64,000 nucleotides of DNA from Pseudothermotoga sp. Lineage in GTDB: Bacteria > Thermotogota > Thermotogae > Thermotogales > DSM-5069. Below, one piece after another: positions 20,409 through 29,979 of this stretch. The stretch spans positions 12,107 through 76,106 of the forward strand of contig JBEPZZ010000004.1 of the NCBI GenBank assembly GCA_041640575.1. The letters are read 5' to 3'. Under the pieces are notes generated by a model, which ran no database searches, was not told where the DNA came from, and was given only the letters and a program-made list of their open reading frames with translations. Every line of letters starts with the position of its first letter. The stretch's first letter is position 1. Made by a program: the position numbers and the translations under genes.

Positions 20409-21158
20409 CTATCTCAAAGTTCCGACCTGAGAAATGAGTCTTGCCACAAGTTCGTCCTGAACAATAACTGCTTTCTGTGAAATCTCAAAATGTCTTTGCG
20501 CTTCAATCAAATTCACCATTTCTCTTACAGCGTTGACATTAGATAATTCGACATAGCCTGTCAGAATCCTAAAGTTCTCCGCGGCAACCGGTTGTCCACT
20601 TTCCTCGGTTTGTTGGAACAGTGTATATCCAAATTTTCTCAGATCTCTTGCAGATTCAAAATTGTAAACAGCAATCCTCGTGATTGGTTGATTCAAGGAA
20701 TCTCTCACATATCCCTGTTCATCTACAGTGTATCCGTACTCAAATCTAATCGCTTCACCGTTGAAATCTAACAACCTTAATCCATCAGCATTTACTAAGT
20801 ATCCTTCTGCATCAAGCTTGAGATTTCCAGCACGAGTGTAAAAAGTTTCCTCTCCCCTTTGGACTGCGAAAAAACCTTCTCCTTCTATCGCCAAATCCAA
20901 AGGATTCCCTGTGTATTGAATTGTCCCCTGTGAAACATCGTTGTAAACCCTATCCAAAACGGCGCTATAAACAAACGTTCCTATTGGTTGTTTCTTGTTT
21001 GGTAGTGCATATATTTCTCTTTCGTGATAGGCTCTGAAGGCCAATTTGTCCTTTTTGTAACCAATGCTATCAACATTAGCAAGGTTGTTCGCCGTTGCAT
21101 CAATTTTGCTCACATCTAGGAGCATACCCATTGCGGCTGTGTAAATTCCTCTTATCAA
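20409..21158 (-). CDS. flgF: Flagellar rod protein FlgF (FlgE/F/G family)
   Basis: IRGIYTAAMGM, ANNLANV, TGNPLDLAI, YTRAG, ELSNVNAV; start could also be 21164 or 21167. Confidence 0.82.
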   Translation of the reverse strand: MIRGIYTAAMGMLLDVSKIDATANNLANVDSIGYKKDKLAFRAYHEREIYALPNKKQPIGTFVYSAVLDRVYNDVSQGTIQYTGNPLDLAIEGEGFFAVQRGEETFYTRAGNLKLDAEGYLVNADGLRLLDFNGEAIRFEYGYTVDEQGYVRDSLNQPITRIAVYNFESARDLRKFGYTLFQQTEESGQPVAAENFRILTGYVELSNVNAVREMVNLIEAQRHFEISQKAVIVQDELVARLISQVGTLR

Positions 21159-21163
21159 TCCCA

Positions 21164-22174
21164 TCACCTCGTGTACGAAATAGCAACAATTTTCAGCAAC
21201 TCTTCGTCCTCAAGCAATATACCTGTGCCCTTAGCAACACAAGTCACTGGATCCTCAGCAACTATAACCTTAACACCTAGCTCTTCAGCCATCACCGTAT
21301 CCAAACCTCTTAATAAAGCTCCACCACCGGTTAAAACAATTCCCTTGTTGATTATGTCCGCTGCCAGTTCTGGAGGAGTTCTCTCAAGAACCGCTTTGAT
21401 TCGTCCTAAAATGACCGTCACCAGTGGTTGCAAAGTTTCCATAACATCTTCTGACGATATTTTGTCTGTTCTTGGCAATCCCGTGACGGCATCTCTTCCT
21501 TTGATTTCCATTTCATATGTTTCCATGTTTGGGTGGACCTTTCCTATTTTTATTTTCACCTGTTCCGCAGTTGGTTCACCTATTACCAATCCATACTTTT
21601 TTCTGACAAAGCGTACAATAGCTTCATCCATAGCGTCTCCAGCAATCTTTATCGAATCTCCAACGACAACACCGCCAAGACTTATCACCGCTATATCTGT
21701 AGTTCCACCGCCTATATCCACCACCATACTACCTTCTGATTTCGTCACGTCAATGCCAGCACCTATTGCGGCAGCTAACGGCTCTGAAACAACATGAACC
21801 TGCCTTGCACCAGCATTTAAAGCAGCTTCAAAAACCGCTCTCCTTTCGACGCTGGTTGCTTTCGTTGGAATACCTATCACCAGTTCTGGCTTGAAAAAGA
21901 AGGATTTTTTCACTGTTCTCTTGATAAACTCTTTTATCACCGCTTCTATAGTTTTGTAATCAGCTATCACACCATCCTTCATAGGTTTCACAGCTTTGTA
22001 GTACTCTGGGGTCTTACCTAACATTTTCTTGGCTTCCTCACCAATGGCAACTATTTCTCCGGTTTTCTCGGATATTGCAACAACAGAAGGTTCAAAGATT
22101 ACTATACCTTTTCCTCTTTGATAGACAATAAAACTTGCCGTACCAAGATCTATACCTAAATCACCTTTTGACAT
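21164..22174 (-). CDS. mreB: Rod shape-determining actin homologue (MreB/Mbl)
   Basis: GIDLGTA, VDIGGGTTD, GIVLTGGGALL; ATG 22174 follows GGGAGG. Confidence 0.93.
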   Translation of the reverse strand: MSKGDLGIDLGTASFIVYQRGKGIVIFEPSVVAISEKTGEIVAIGEEAKKMLGKTPEYYKAVKPMKDGVIADYKTIEAVIKEFIKRTVKKSFFFKPELVIGIPTKATSVERRAVFEAALNAGARQVHVVSEPLAAAIGAGIDVTKSEGSMVVDIGGGTTDIAVISLGGVVVGDSIKIAGDAMDEAIVRFVRKKYGLVIGEPTAEQVKIKIGKVHPNMETYEMEIKGRDAVTGLPRTDKISSEDVMETLQPLVTVILGRIKAVLERTPPELAADIINKGIVLTGGGALLRGLDTVMAEELGVKVIVAEDPVTCVAKGTGILLEDEELLKIVAISYTR

Positions 22175-22205
22175 TCTTTTGCACCTCCCTTTTGTTTGAA
22201 AAACC

Positions 22206-22282
22206 TGGTGTGCCTGGCGGGAATCGAACCCGCAACCTCTGGATCCGGAGTCCAGCGCTCTATCCATTTGAGCTACAGGCAC
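22206..22282 (-). tRNA. tRNA-Arg (anticodon CCG), CCA encoded
   Basis: GTGCCTG acceptor..TAGCTCAAATGGATAGAGC D-arm, CTGGA-CTCCGGA-TCCAG anticodon arm, GGTTCGATTCC T-arm, CAGGCAC-A-CCA. Confidence 0.96.
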
Positions 22283-22911
22283 ACAAGCATTCCATTCTTC
22301 GAAAGAAAAGGTTTAAATTGGTCACATCTTTGTTCAACAACAATCATATCAAATGGACTTTGTTTTTCCAGTTCCTTAAAGCTTTTCTCCACAGAAAAAC
22401 CCAATTTGTAGAAAAGATAAGCATAATAAGGATCTGTCTGGAAAATTATGGCATCATTTGAAGCTGCTCTCACATCAGAAACCTCAGCCAATAGGATCTT
22501 GCCACGGTAATTTTTAATCGTGTCCAGAATTTCTTCTGGCAGCATCTTTGCTGGTTTGATCTCGTATAACACCATTTTCGAAGACATAAACTCCTGAAAA
22601 AGCTGTGTCGCAACCAGTTGATCTATATTACTTCTTCCTTTGAAAAGTTTACTTGTCAGTCTCTCATCAATCATATAGACCTTTTTATTCAATCTCTTTT
22701 CAAGCTTTTCTGCAAATTCAACTGTTTCAAAAGTTTGCAATGAATACCGACCACTCATGGAAAATGGCAACCCAATAACTATTGCTTCAACATCAAGCCT
22801 TGAAAGTTCTTCTATCACTTTCTTTGGGGAAGTAATGAAAACTTTCGATGGAATTTTGTTCCCTATGGCCACTCCACACCTCGTCCTACCATAATCTATT
22901 GCCGCAATCAT
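22273..22911 (-). CDS. ruvX: YqgF/RuvX-family nuclease with C-terminal extension
   Basis: IAAIDYGRTRCGVA, IVIGLP, MIDERLTS. Confidence 0.88.
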   Translation of the reverse strand: MIAAIDYGRTRCGVAIGNKIPSKVFITSPKKVIEELSRLDVEAIVIGLPFSMSGRYSLQTFETVEFAEKLEKRLNKKVYMIDERLTSKLFKGRSNIDQLVATQLFQEFMSSKMVLYEIKPAKMLPEEILDTIKNYRGKILLAEVSDVRAASNDAIIFQTDPYYAYLFYKLGFSVEKSFKELEKQSPFDMIVVEQRCDQFKPFLSKNGMLVCL

Positions 22912-25856
22912 TACATCACCGCTTTGGGGTTCATCAAGACTTTACATATTCCTTTTGCTCTCTGAACCAAATAAGGCTTGGTTATTGCTTCAAAATAAAT
23001 GATGTCGAGTTCTCCTTCGAACATTCTAGAAGATTGACGTGAAATGTCCACCTTTGACAGATCTATCCGACCATCTTTCACAGTTGCACCCAGTTCTTTC
23101 AAAACATTCAAAAGAACTTTACCGTAAGAAATACTTTTGAGCAAGCCATTTCTAACTAATTCTTCTAAAAACCCTTTTTCTTCCATTTCCTTATCACCAA
23201 AAATTTTCAAAACTTGTTCCACCTTTTCATGATTTGGAAAAAGCTCCTTTAGCTCTTCCTTTCTGACTTCAATATCCTTCGTATCAAAGCATAGGTCTAT
23301 TACTTGGCTTGTTCCGTCGAGCGAAAGACTATCAAGAATCTCAAAGAGACTGAGCGGAACATCGCCAACAGCTATTTCGACGTCTTGCCACAACATTGCT
23401 GGTATTCCGTCGGTATTTGTGACACACAGCAACTTTTTGAATTTTCTCTTCTTTATTTGATTTATAATTGTAGCCTTTTGCTGAGGTTTGAGATTATGTG
23501 TGTATACCAAGAAGTCGGTCGGTTTCCAGATTTGAGATACTTTGGCGTAAAAGCTACTCATATTGGATTTCGATGAGAATAGAAAACATGAAGCATCATT
23601 CAAAACAGAATCTAAACCTGTTGTAACGTCAACCAATCCAAAAGCTGGTTTCATACTCTTTTGGTAGACCAGGTAAAACCCAACTTCACGCGCAAAGTCG
23701 TAAAGATCATCAGGGCACTTAACACTTATTGCGATAAATTTGTTCGAATTTTTTCTAATAATATCTAGAAACTTCGACACATAGGGATTTTCACGGAAAG
23801 TCCTAAAAAGTGCCAGCTCGTTTACAATTACAAGATCATAAGCACGTAATATTCTTTCAATGTGTTCAACAAAATAAACAACAGTTGCAAAAGCAAACCT
23901 ACTGGATGGAATTTTATTCAAGGAATTAAGATAATCAACAGATGTTGTAGCATGTCTCAGCAAGCTCTGGTAGCTTTGAAGTGTAATGACATTGTTTGGT
24001 GAGACAACAACAGTTCTAAATTTGGCATTTTCGAGAATCCACTTGAAAATAGCATTTCTTGTTCTTATATCCACCACAAAGAATTCGTGTCCCTTTAAGT
24101 TCATTAAGACTTCTTCCAGATGCGATGGTCTACGAGTAGAAACTGTCTTTCCTGTAACAACTGCCAATTCAGATCTTTCGAAGGAAGCATCTAAAACATT
24201 CAGAACAGGCTGTTGACCATTCCTTTTGATCGTAAAAACCAAATCAACTTTTGCGGTTCCATTCCGCAAACCTTCTTCAAAGAATTGACCTAAACCAAAG
24301 CCAAGAGCTTCAAATTTCTTGCTGCCAGAAATAACAGAAAACCTGACATTCGCATCATTTGGTCCGAAAATCTTCGCGTTATCAATGGTAACGTCTTTTG
24401 CAACAAAAACTGGTTCGGGGTTTCCATTACCAAAAGGTTCTAACACCTTTAACTGCATCAAAAACTCTTCTCCAATTTCTTGTAGGCTTATCTCACTGTC
24501 AATCACTATATAATATCCAGGATCCTCAACAATTGGGATTTCATAGTCTTTAAGCTTTTCGATGAAAGAATCTATGAGTTCAAGATCGATCGTGAACCCA
24601 ACAGCAAGAGGATGACCACCAAATTCTTTGAAATAGGGTGAAAATGGCTCCAAAATTTCTATTAAATTTATGTTTTCTGGGCTTCTCGCTGACCCTCTAG
24701 CCTCGTCCTCACCAATCGAAATAACCAAGACAGGTTTCCCATATCTCTGGCATAGTCGTGTAGCGACGATCCCAAGAACTCCAACATGCCAGTTCTCCCC
24801 ATAAACAGCTATAATCGAATTTCTGTAAAGTTCGTGTTCTTCTATTTGTTCAACAGCCATGGAATAGATTTCGCCTTCGATTTCTTGTCTTGTTGTGTTG
24901 TATTCAAACAAAAGATTCACCAAATCCATTGCGACTTGACGATCTGTGACCGTCAAAAGCTTGTATGCATCCTCAGCGTAATCAAGTCTCCCGGCAGCGT
25001 TCAACTTTGGTGCAACTCGATAACCGATATCTCTTGAGTCCGGGTAGTCTATGCCGAGCCTAAAAAGTAAAGTTTCCAGCCCAGGTCTTCTCGTGCTCTT
25101 CATTAGCTCAAGACCCTTCTTGACGATGAATCGATTTTCATCCACAAGCTTGACCATATCAGCTATGGTTCCCAGGGCAACAAGATCGAGATATTCATAT
25201 ACTTTTTCCTGAGGCAAGTTAAGTTTTCTGGCAAGCGCACAGACAACTTTGAACGCCACGCCTGTACCAGCCAAATCTTTGAAGGGGTATGTATCGTCTG
25301 ATCTTTTTGGGTTAACAATTGCTTCCGCACTTGGTAAAACAGCACCAACCTCGTGATGGTCTGTTATTATGACCTTGCAGCCCAAAGACCTTGCAAGGTT
25401 TATGGATTCGACAGCTGTTATGCCACAATCCACAGTGATTATCAACTTTCCACCATTTTGGACGAATTGCTTGACCACTTCTGGCTGGATTCCATATCCT
25501 TCGTCTAATCTCTTCGGAATGTAATGTTCAACAATCCAGCCATTACTTTTTAGAAATTCTTCTAAAACAGCAGTACCCGTTATACCATCAACGTCATAGT
25601 CGCCATAGATAAGCACAGAAGAACCTTGCGCTCTCGCTTCTAGGAGCAAATCGCAGGTATTTTGCATATCAGAAAGAAGCATCGGATCATGCAGATCTTC
25701 TGAAGTTGGGTTGAGGAAACGTTTAACTTGTTCTGGATCTGTAATACCTCGATTTACAAGCAACTTCGCCAAAAACTCACTTACGTTAAGTTCCTTGCTC
25801 AGAAGCTCAACTTGCGATTGAGCTGCCTGCTTTACTATCCACCTCACAATCTCCAA
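22911..25856 (-). CDS. recJ: ssDNA exonuclease RecJ with a long C-terminal helicase-like extension
   Basis: YGDYDVDG, ITVDCG, ITDHH, LGTIAD, GSARS, GGH, LEPFGNGNPEP; ~400 extra aa. Confidence 0.93.
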   Translation of the reverse strand: MEIVRWIVKQAAQSQVELLSKELNVSEFLAKLLVNRGITDPEQVKRFLNPTSEDLHDPMLLSDMQNTCDLLLEARAQGSSVLIYGDYDVDGITGTAVLEEFLKSNGWIVEHYIPKRLDEGYGIQPEVVKQFVQNGGKLIITVDCGITAVESINLARSLGCKVIITDHHEVGAVLPSAEAIVNPKRSDDTYPFKDLAGTGVAFKVVCALARKLNLPQEKVYEYLDLVALGTIADMVKLVDENRFIVKKGLELMKSTRRPGLETLLFRLGIDYPDSRDIGYRVAPKLNAAGRLDYAEDAYKLLTVTDRQVAMDLVNLLFEYNTTRQEIEGEIYSMAVEQIEEHELYRNSIIAVYGENWHVGVLGIVATRLCQRYGKPVLVISIGEDEARGSARSPENINLIEILEPFSPYFKEFGGHPLAVGFTIDLELIDSFIEKLKDYEIPIVEDPGYYIVIDSEISLQEIGEEFLMQLKVLEPFGNGNPEPVFVAKDVTIDNAKIFGPNDANVRFSVISGSKKFEALGFGLGQFFEEGLRNGTAKVDLVFTIKRNGQQPVLNVLDASFERSELAVVTGKTVSTRRPSHLEEVLMNLKGHEFFVVDIRTRNAIFKWILENAKFRTVVVSPNNVITLQSYQSLLRHATTSVDYLNSLNKIPSSRFAFATVVYFVEHIERILRAYDLVIVNELALFRTFRENPYVSKFLDIIRKNSNKFIAISVKCPDDLYDFAREVGFYLVYQKSMKPAFGLVDVTTGLDSVLNDASCFLFSSKSNMSSFYAKVSQIWKPTDFLVYTHNLKPQQKATIINQIKKRKFKKLLCVTNTDGIPAMLWQDVEIAVGDVPLSLFEILDSLSLDGTSQVIDLCFDTKDIEVRKEELKELFPNHEKVEQVLKIFGDKEMEEKGFLEELVRNGLLKSISYGKVLLNVLKELGATVKDGRIDLSKVDISRQSSRMFEGELDIIYFEAITKPYLVQRAKGICKVLMNPKAVM

Positions 25857-26025
25857 CTGCCTTTTTCAGACTTTTAAATATATTAAATCACAAAAAGTTC
25901 GGTTCGTGAAGAAGCAAAAGTGCTAAAACTGACAATTACACGGCATAATCTGAATACTTTACTGTAAAAGGTATAGCAAAGATAAAAATTTTGTAACCAG
26001 AAGATCATACAGATATATTTCGGAG

Positions 26026-27309
26026 GTGAGATTCTTGACACTTGACGAATTGGTGGAAAAGGCTGTAACATTCAGAGAACAGAGAATACTTTTATTAATT
26101 AGCTCTGTTGCCTGGTGTTTTGACGCGGCTGGTGTCATGGTTCTGTCGTTCACACTTCCCTCGATTTCACGCGAATGGGGGCTCACACCGCAAGAGGCAG
26201 CTCATCTTTCCAGCGCAACATTCATTGGCATGCTGATAGGTGCCTTGTTTGTAGGACTTCTAGCAGATTTATTTGGCAGAAAAGTTTCAAACGTTTTTTA
26301 TCTGCTTTTCACCGTTACTTTTACCACTGTCCTTGGATTTTCAAAATCCCAGTCCCAGTATTTCCTGGTCAGGTTACTTGCAGGTATAGGTTATGGCGGA
26401 TTGATGCCGTCAATTAACGCGTATTTATCGGAGTTCACTGGCAGACAAATTCGTGGAAAATATCTGGTTATACTTGAAGCAAGTTGGGCAATTGGAAGCA
26501 TACTGATAGGCTTGTTCTCAGTACTTACATTGAATAAACTTGGTTGGAGGTGGAGTTACTGGATTTTCGGCGCAGGCTTTGCCCTAGTACCGATTTTTCT
26601 CTTCATCCCCGAATCTCCAAAGTTTGCATTCCTCAAAAAAGGCAAGGATGGCTTACTAAAAGTTTTGCGTGTGAAAATTGATGAAGAGATAACTTTGAAC
26701 AGCAACCCTAAAAATCCTGTGATTTCTGTGATTTCAAGACAGTATTTGAGGGTAAATTTAATGATTTGGACATCATGGTTTGTAGTCAGTTTTGTTTATT
26801 ATACTCTTTTCACATGGGCGCCAAAAATTTTTGCGCAACAAGGAGTTGGTGCTGTTAGATCGCTTTGGTATACCTTTTTCATGATGTTAGCGCAACTTCC
26901 TGGCTATCTATCTGCAGCTTACTTCATAGAAAAACTTGGTCGAAGGCCTTCGCTATCCATATACTTTTTTGGAACAGCCTTGAGTGCCGTTCTTTGGACT
27001 TATGTTTCAAACACAGTTTTACTGATAATTATAGCCTTAGTTTTATCTTTCTTTACACTCGGCGTGTGGGGACTTGTTTATGCTTACACACCCGAGCTAT
27101 ATCCGACCTCAATAAGAGGCTCTGGAAATGGCCTTGCTGGTGTGATTGCAAGAATTGCTGGTATTTTGGCACCACAATTTGGAGGATTTATGCTGCAGAG
27201 TAATGCCTCATTACTTCAGATCTTCTTAATCCTTGCAGCTCTATCTGTAATCGCAGGGCTGGTGGTCGCAATCTATGGAGTAGAAACTAAAGGCAAGGAA
27301 ATTTCATGA
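26026..27309 (+). CDS. MFS transporter (NiaP/YceI-like)
   Basis: ADLFGRK, PESPKF, IEKLGRR, YTPELYPTSIRGSG; about 12 TM segments. Confidence 0.88.
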   Translation: MRFLTLDELVEKAVTFREQRILLLISSVAWCFDAAGVMVLSFTLPSISREWGLTPQEAAHLSSATFIGMLIGALFVGLLADLFGRKVSNVFYLLFTVTFTTVLGFSKSQSQYFLVRLLAGIGYGGLMPSINAYLSEFTGRQIRGKYLVILEASWAIGSILIGLFSVLTLNKLGWRWSYWIFGAGFALVPIFLFIPESPKFAFLKKGKDGLLKVLRVKIDEEITLNSNPKNPVISVISRQYLRVNLMIWTSWFVVSFVYYTLFTWAPKIFAQQGVGAVRSLWYTFFMMLAQLPGYLSAAYFIEKLGRRPSLSIYFFGTALSAVLWTYVSNTVLLIIIALVLSFFTLGVWGLVYAYTPELYPTSIRGSGNGLAGVIARIAGILAPQFGGFMLQSNASLLQIFLILAALSVIAGLVVAIYGVETKGKEIS

Positions 27310-27313
27310 AAAG

Positions 27314-27337
27314 AAAGGCAGCCCTCTGGCTGCCTTT
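27314..27337. terminator. Bidirectional terminator between convergent transporter genes
   Basis: AAAGGCAGCC-CTCT-GGCTGCCTTT. Confidence 0.8.
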
Positions 27338-28630
27338 TCACAAAATAACCCAGGCAACTGCTGTTGCAATTATTAAAGACAGTATGGTTCTTTCTAACCA
27401 AATTATCAAGAGTTCAGGGATGCTTATTGGAATCTCAGTTGAAAGAATGCACGGTATAGAAGCAGAAAAGAACAACACCGCAGATATTGAAACAATGCCA
27501 ACGACAAACCTACTGATAAGCGGTGCATTCACAGTAAGTAACGCTGGCAAGAACATTTCAGCAATTTCAACTGCAGAAGCTTTCGCAACCAAGAATGCTT
27601 CGGGCAGCCTCAGTAATGCCGTAAATGGGTAAAAGATCCAACCTAAAATGTCGAAAACAGGAGTGTATGTAGCTAAGATCAATCCAATGAATCCAACGGA
27701 CATTATCGTTGGAAGTATGGTCAAAGCCATTCTGAAACCAGCCTTTAAATTTTGCCAAATTCCAACGAAAAACCTTGGAGCTTTACTGGCTGCAGCTATA
27801 GCCTCATTCCAAGCTACAGCAAGCAGATTTTCACGAACTTCCTTTTCTGGATTTGGTGTTCCAACATAATCATCCCTTTTTCCCGAAAGCGGCCACAATC
27901 TTGCAGTGATAGCGGTGACAGCAAAAGTTACGAAAGCTGATGCCCAAAAGAATTTGTTCCATATATCCATCAGTTTTAGCGTTCTTGCAACAATTATCAT
28001 GAACGTAGCGGAAACTGTGGAAAATCCAGTTGCTATTATGGCGGCTTCTCTTATCGTGTATTTCCCCTCTTTGAAAACCTTGTTGGTTATGAGTAAAGCA
28101 ATCGAGTAACTACCAACGAAAGACGCTACAGCATCGATAGCTGATCGTCCTGGCGTTTTGAACAAAGTTCTCATAACTGGTCTCATCAAAGAACCGACAA
28201 ATTCCATCAAACCGTAACCAACCAAGAATGCCAAAAAAACAGAACCTATTGGAACAATCAGACCTACTGGTACAACTAATCTGTTAAGCAAAAACGGTCC
28301 TATGTCAGGTCTCATCATCCATTTTGGTCCTATTTTGAAATATACGAGGATTACGATAACTGCACCGAAGATTTTGAGGAAAGCAAAAACGAACTCAGTT
28401 TTTGACTTCTTGTATGCCTTAGTAATCCATGGAAAAACTGCTCCAACAAGTGTGACTAACAGTCCGTAAATGACTGCAACACTTGCGAGATTGTTTCGGA
28501 TCCATGTGACAATGTGATCTAGCGGGATCGACGTTGTACTGTTTAACCTGATAGGTATGAAGAACATAAAGATACCAACAGCACTTAGCAACAAAAACTT
28601 CAACGCAGCGCCCGTTCTTGCCACCAGCAT
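27338..28630 (-). CDS. YjiH-family (gate-domain) membrane transporter
   Basis: PGRSAIDAVASFVGS, YTIREAAIIATGFSTVS, EMFLP, IWLERT; ATG 28630 follows AGGAGG. Confidence 0.85.
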   Translation of the reverse strand: MLVARTGAALKFLLLSAVGIFMFFIPIRLNSTTSIPLDHIVTWIRNNLASVAVIYGLLVTLVGAVFPWITKAYKKSKTEFVFAFLKIFGAVIVILVYFKIGPKWMMRPDIGPFLLNRLVVPVGLIVPIGSVFLAFLVGYGLMEFVGSLMRPVMRTLFKTPGRSAIDAVASFVGSYSIALLITNKVFKEGKYTIREAAIIATGFSTVSATFMIIVARTLKLMDIWNKFFWASAFVTFAVTAITARLWPLSGKRDDYVGTPNPEKEVRENLLAVAWNEAIAAASKAPRFFVGIWQNLKAGFRMALTILPTIMSVGFIGLILATYTPVFDILGWIFYPFTALLRLPEAFLVAKASAVEIAEMFLPALLTVNAPLISRFVVGIVSISAVLFFSASIPCILSTEIPISIPELLIIWLERTILSLIIATAVAWVIL

Positions 28631-28672
28631 CCCTCCTTTTAAAAAGTATGAAAAACCCCCAACGTTGACTGG

Positions 28673-28696
28673 TGTAAAAACAAGCTGTATTTTACA
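28673..28696. promoter_or_regulatory. Palindromic operator-like site upstream of the YjiH-family gene
   Basis: TGTAAAAACAAGCTGTATTTTACA; outer arms TGTAAAA/TTTTACA. Confidence 0.45.
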
Positions 28697-29291
28697 AAAT
28701 ATTATCAAAAAACAACCAAGGAAAGCAACAAAATAAGTCCAATTAGTTAAGTAAGAAAATATAGAATAGTGGCTTTGGTCACAGCAATTTAGGACGATCT
28801 TTTGACATTAGTTTAAACTATGAGTTGATGCAATTAGAACTTTTGCTGAATTACACATCAATCATATCGAGGATGTGTTCATAGTTTCCTTCTTTACGTA
28901 AAAAACTGTTGAAAACCACTACATTTGTTTCTCGAAAAACCTCAAAGAAAGCCAACTAATCTGTGAAAGATGATTGTCTAAGAACAATAATCATACAGTC
29001 AGATAAGTACAACAATCTTGTGAAATTGGAGCTCGAAAAGAGTCAGTCACAAGTCATAAAAAATTAATTCGATGAAAATTGTGTATGAATTATAAATACA
29101 AAAGATGAATAAGAAACTTCTTGCTTGAAGATGTAGAAAATTTGCTGTGTGTTTTTTCGAAACATTACTTTCGCATGTATAGCACTTTTATAATTATGCA
29201 ATTTGCAAAATCTTAGCTAAACCTTTCGTTCAATGCGATAAGATACTTAGTGCAAACAAAAATCAAACTAACGTCTTTGGGGTGTTTCGCT

Positions 29292-29969
29292 TTGAAAATC
29301 AAAAAAATTCTTGAAGAAGATTACCACTTGTACTTTCCTGACAAAGTCTTAGAAACTATTGACAAATACCTTCAACTCTTACTCAATGCTCCATTGAATC
29401 TCACAAGTATCAACGATTATGCTGAAGCTGTTCACAAACATGTGGCTGATGTTTTAGTACCGATAGACCAAATTAACGGGTCTGTTTTAGATGTTGGAAC
29501 AGGAGCGGGAATACCTGGCTTGATAATCGCCATTGTCTTTCCAGTCACAGTAACGCTGTTAGATTCTTCTGAAAAGAAGGTTGCTTGGTTAAGAAAAACA
29601 ATTGAAAAGTTAGGCGTGCTGAACGTTGATACTGTTGTAGCAAGAGCTGAGGATCTGGCGAGGAATTTGGTGGAAAAGTTTGACTTCGTAACTGCTCGTG
29701 CGGTCGCAGAACTCAGGATCTTGCTTGAGCTTTGTGCGCCATTCTGCAAGATTGGTGGACAGCTTTATTTTTACAAAGGCCCAAATTGGAAAACAGAGTA
29801 CGAAGTTTCGAAAAATGCCGAAAGGATTTTGAATGTTAGACTAAAAGATGTGGTCAAATACAAACTCGCCAGTGGTGAACAGAGAGCTTTGCTGATCTTC
29901 GAAAAAATTGGCTCAACTGATCAAAAATTTCCGAGAAAATACAACCAAATTCTCAAAAAGCCTCTTTGA
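29292..29969 (+). CDS. rsmG: 16S rRNA m7G527 methyltransferase
   Basis: NLTSI, LDVGTGAGIPG, RAEDL, TARAVA, YKG. Confidence 0.93.
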   Translation: MKIKKILEEDYHLYFPDKVLETIDKYLQLLLNAPLNLTSINDYAEAVHKHVADVLVPIDQINGSVLDVGTGAGIPGLIIAIVFPVTVTLLDSSEKKVAWLRKTIEKLGVLNVDTVVARAEDLARNLVEKFDFVTARAVAELRILLELCAPFCKIGGQLYFYKGPNWKTEYEVSKNAERILNVRLKDVVKYKLASGEQRALLIFEKIGSTDQKFPRKYNQILKKPL

Positions 29970-29979
29970 GGTGAAGGAC

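Noticed and set aside
21171..21797. 208-aa plus-strand ORF and the many other 60-145 aa overlapping ORFs
   Set aside because: They are antisense or alternate-frame shadows of well-supported genes, with no motifs or RBS.
22150..22210. Integrated element at the tRNA-Arg 3' end
   Set aside because: No integrase or duplicated tRNA 3' end was seen. mreB follows directly.
22175..22282. 36-aa N-terminal extension of MreB in the ORF track
   Set aside because: It is a translation of the tRNA gene. The real start is ATG 22174 with a GGGAGG RBS.
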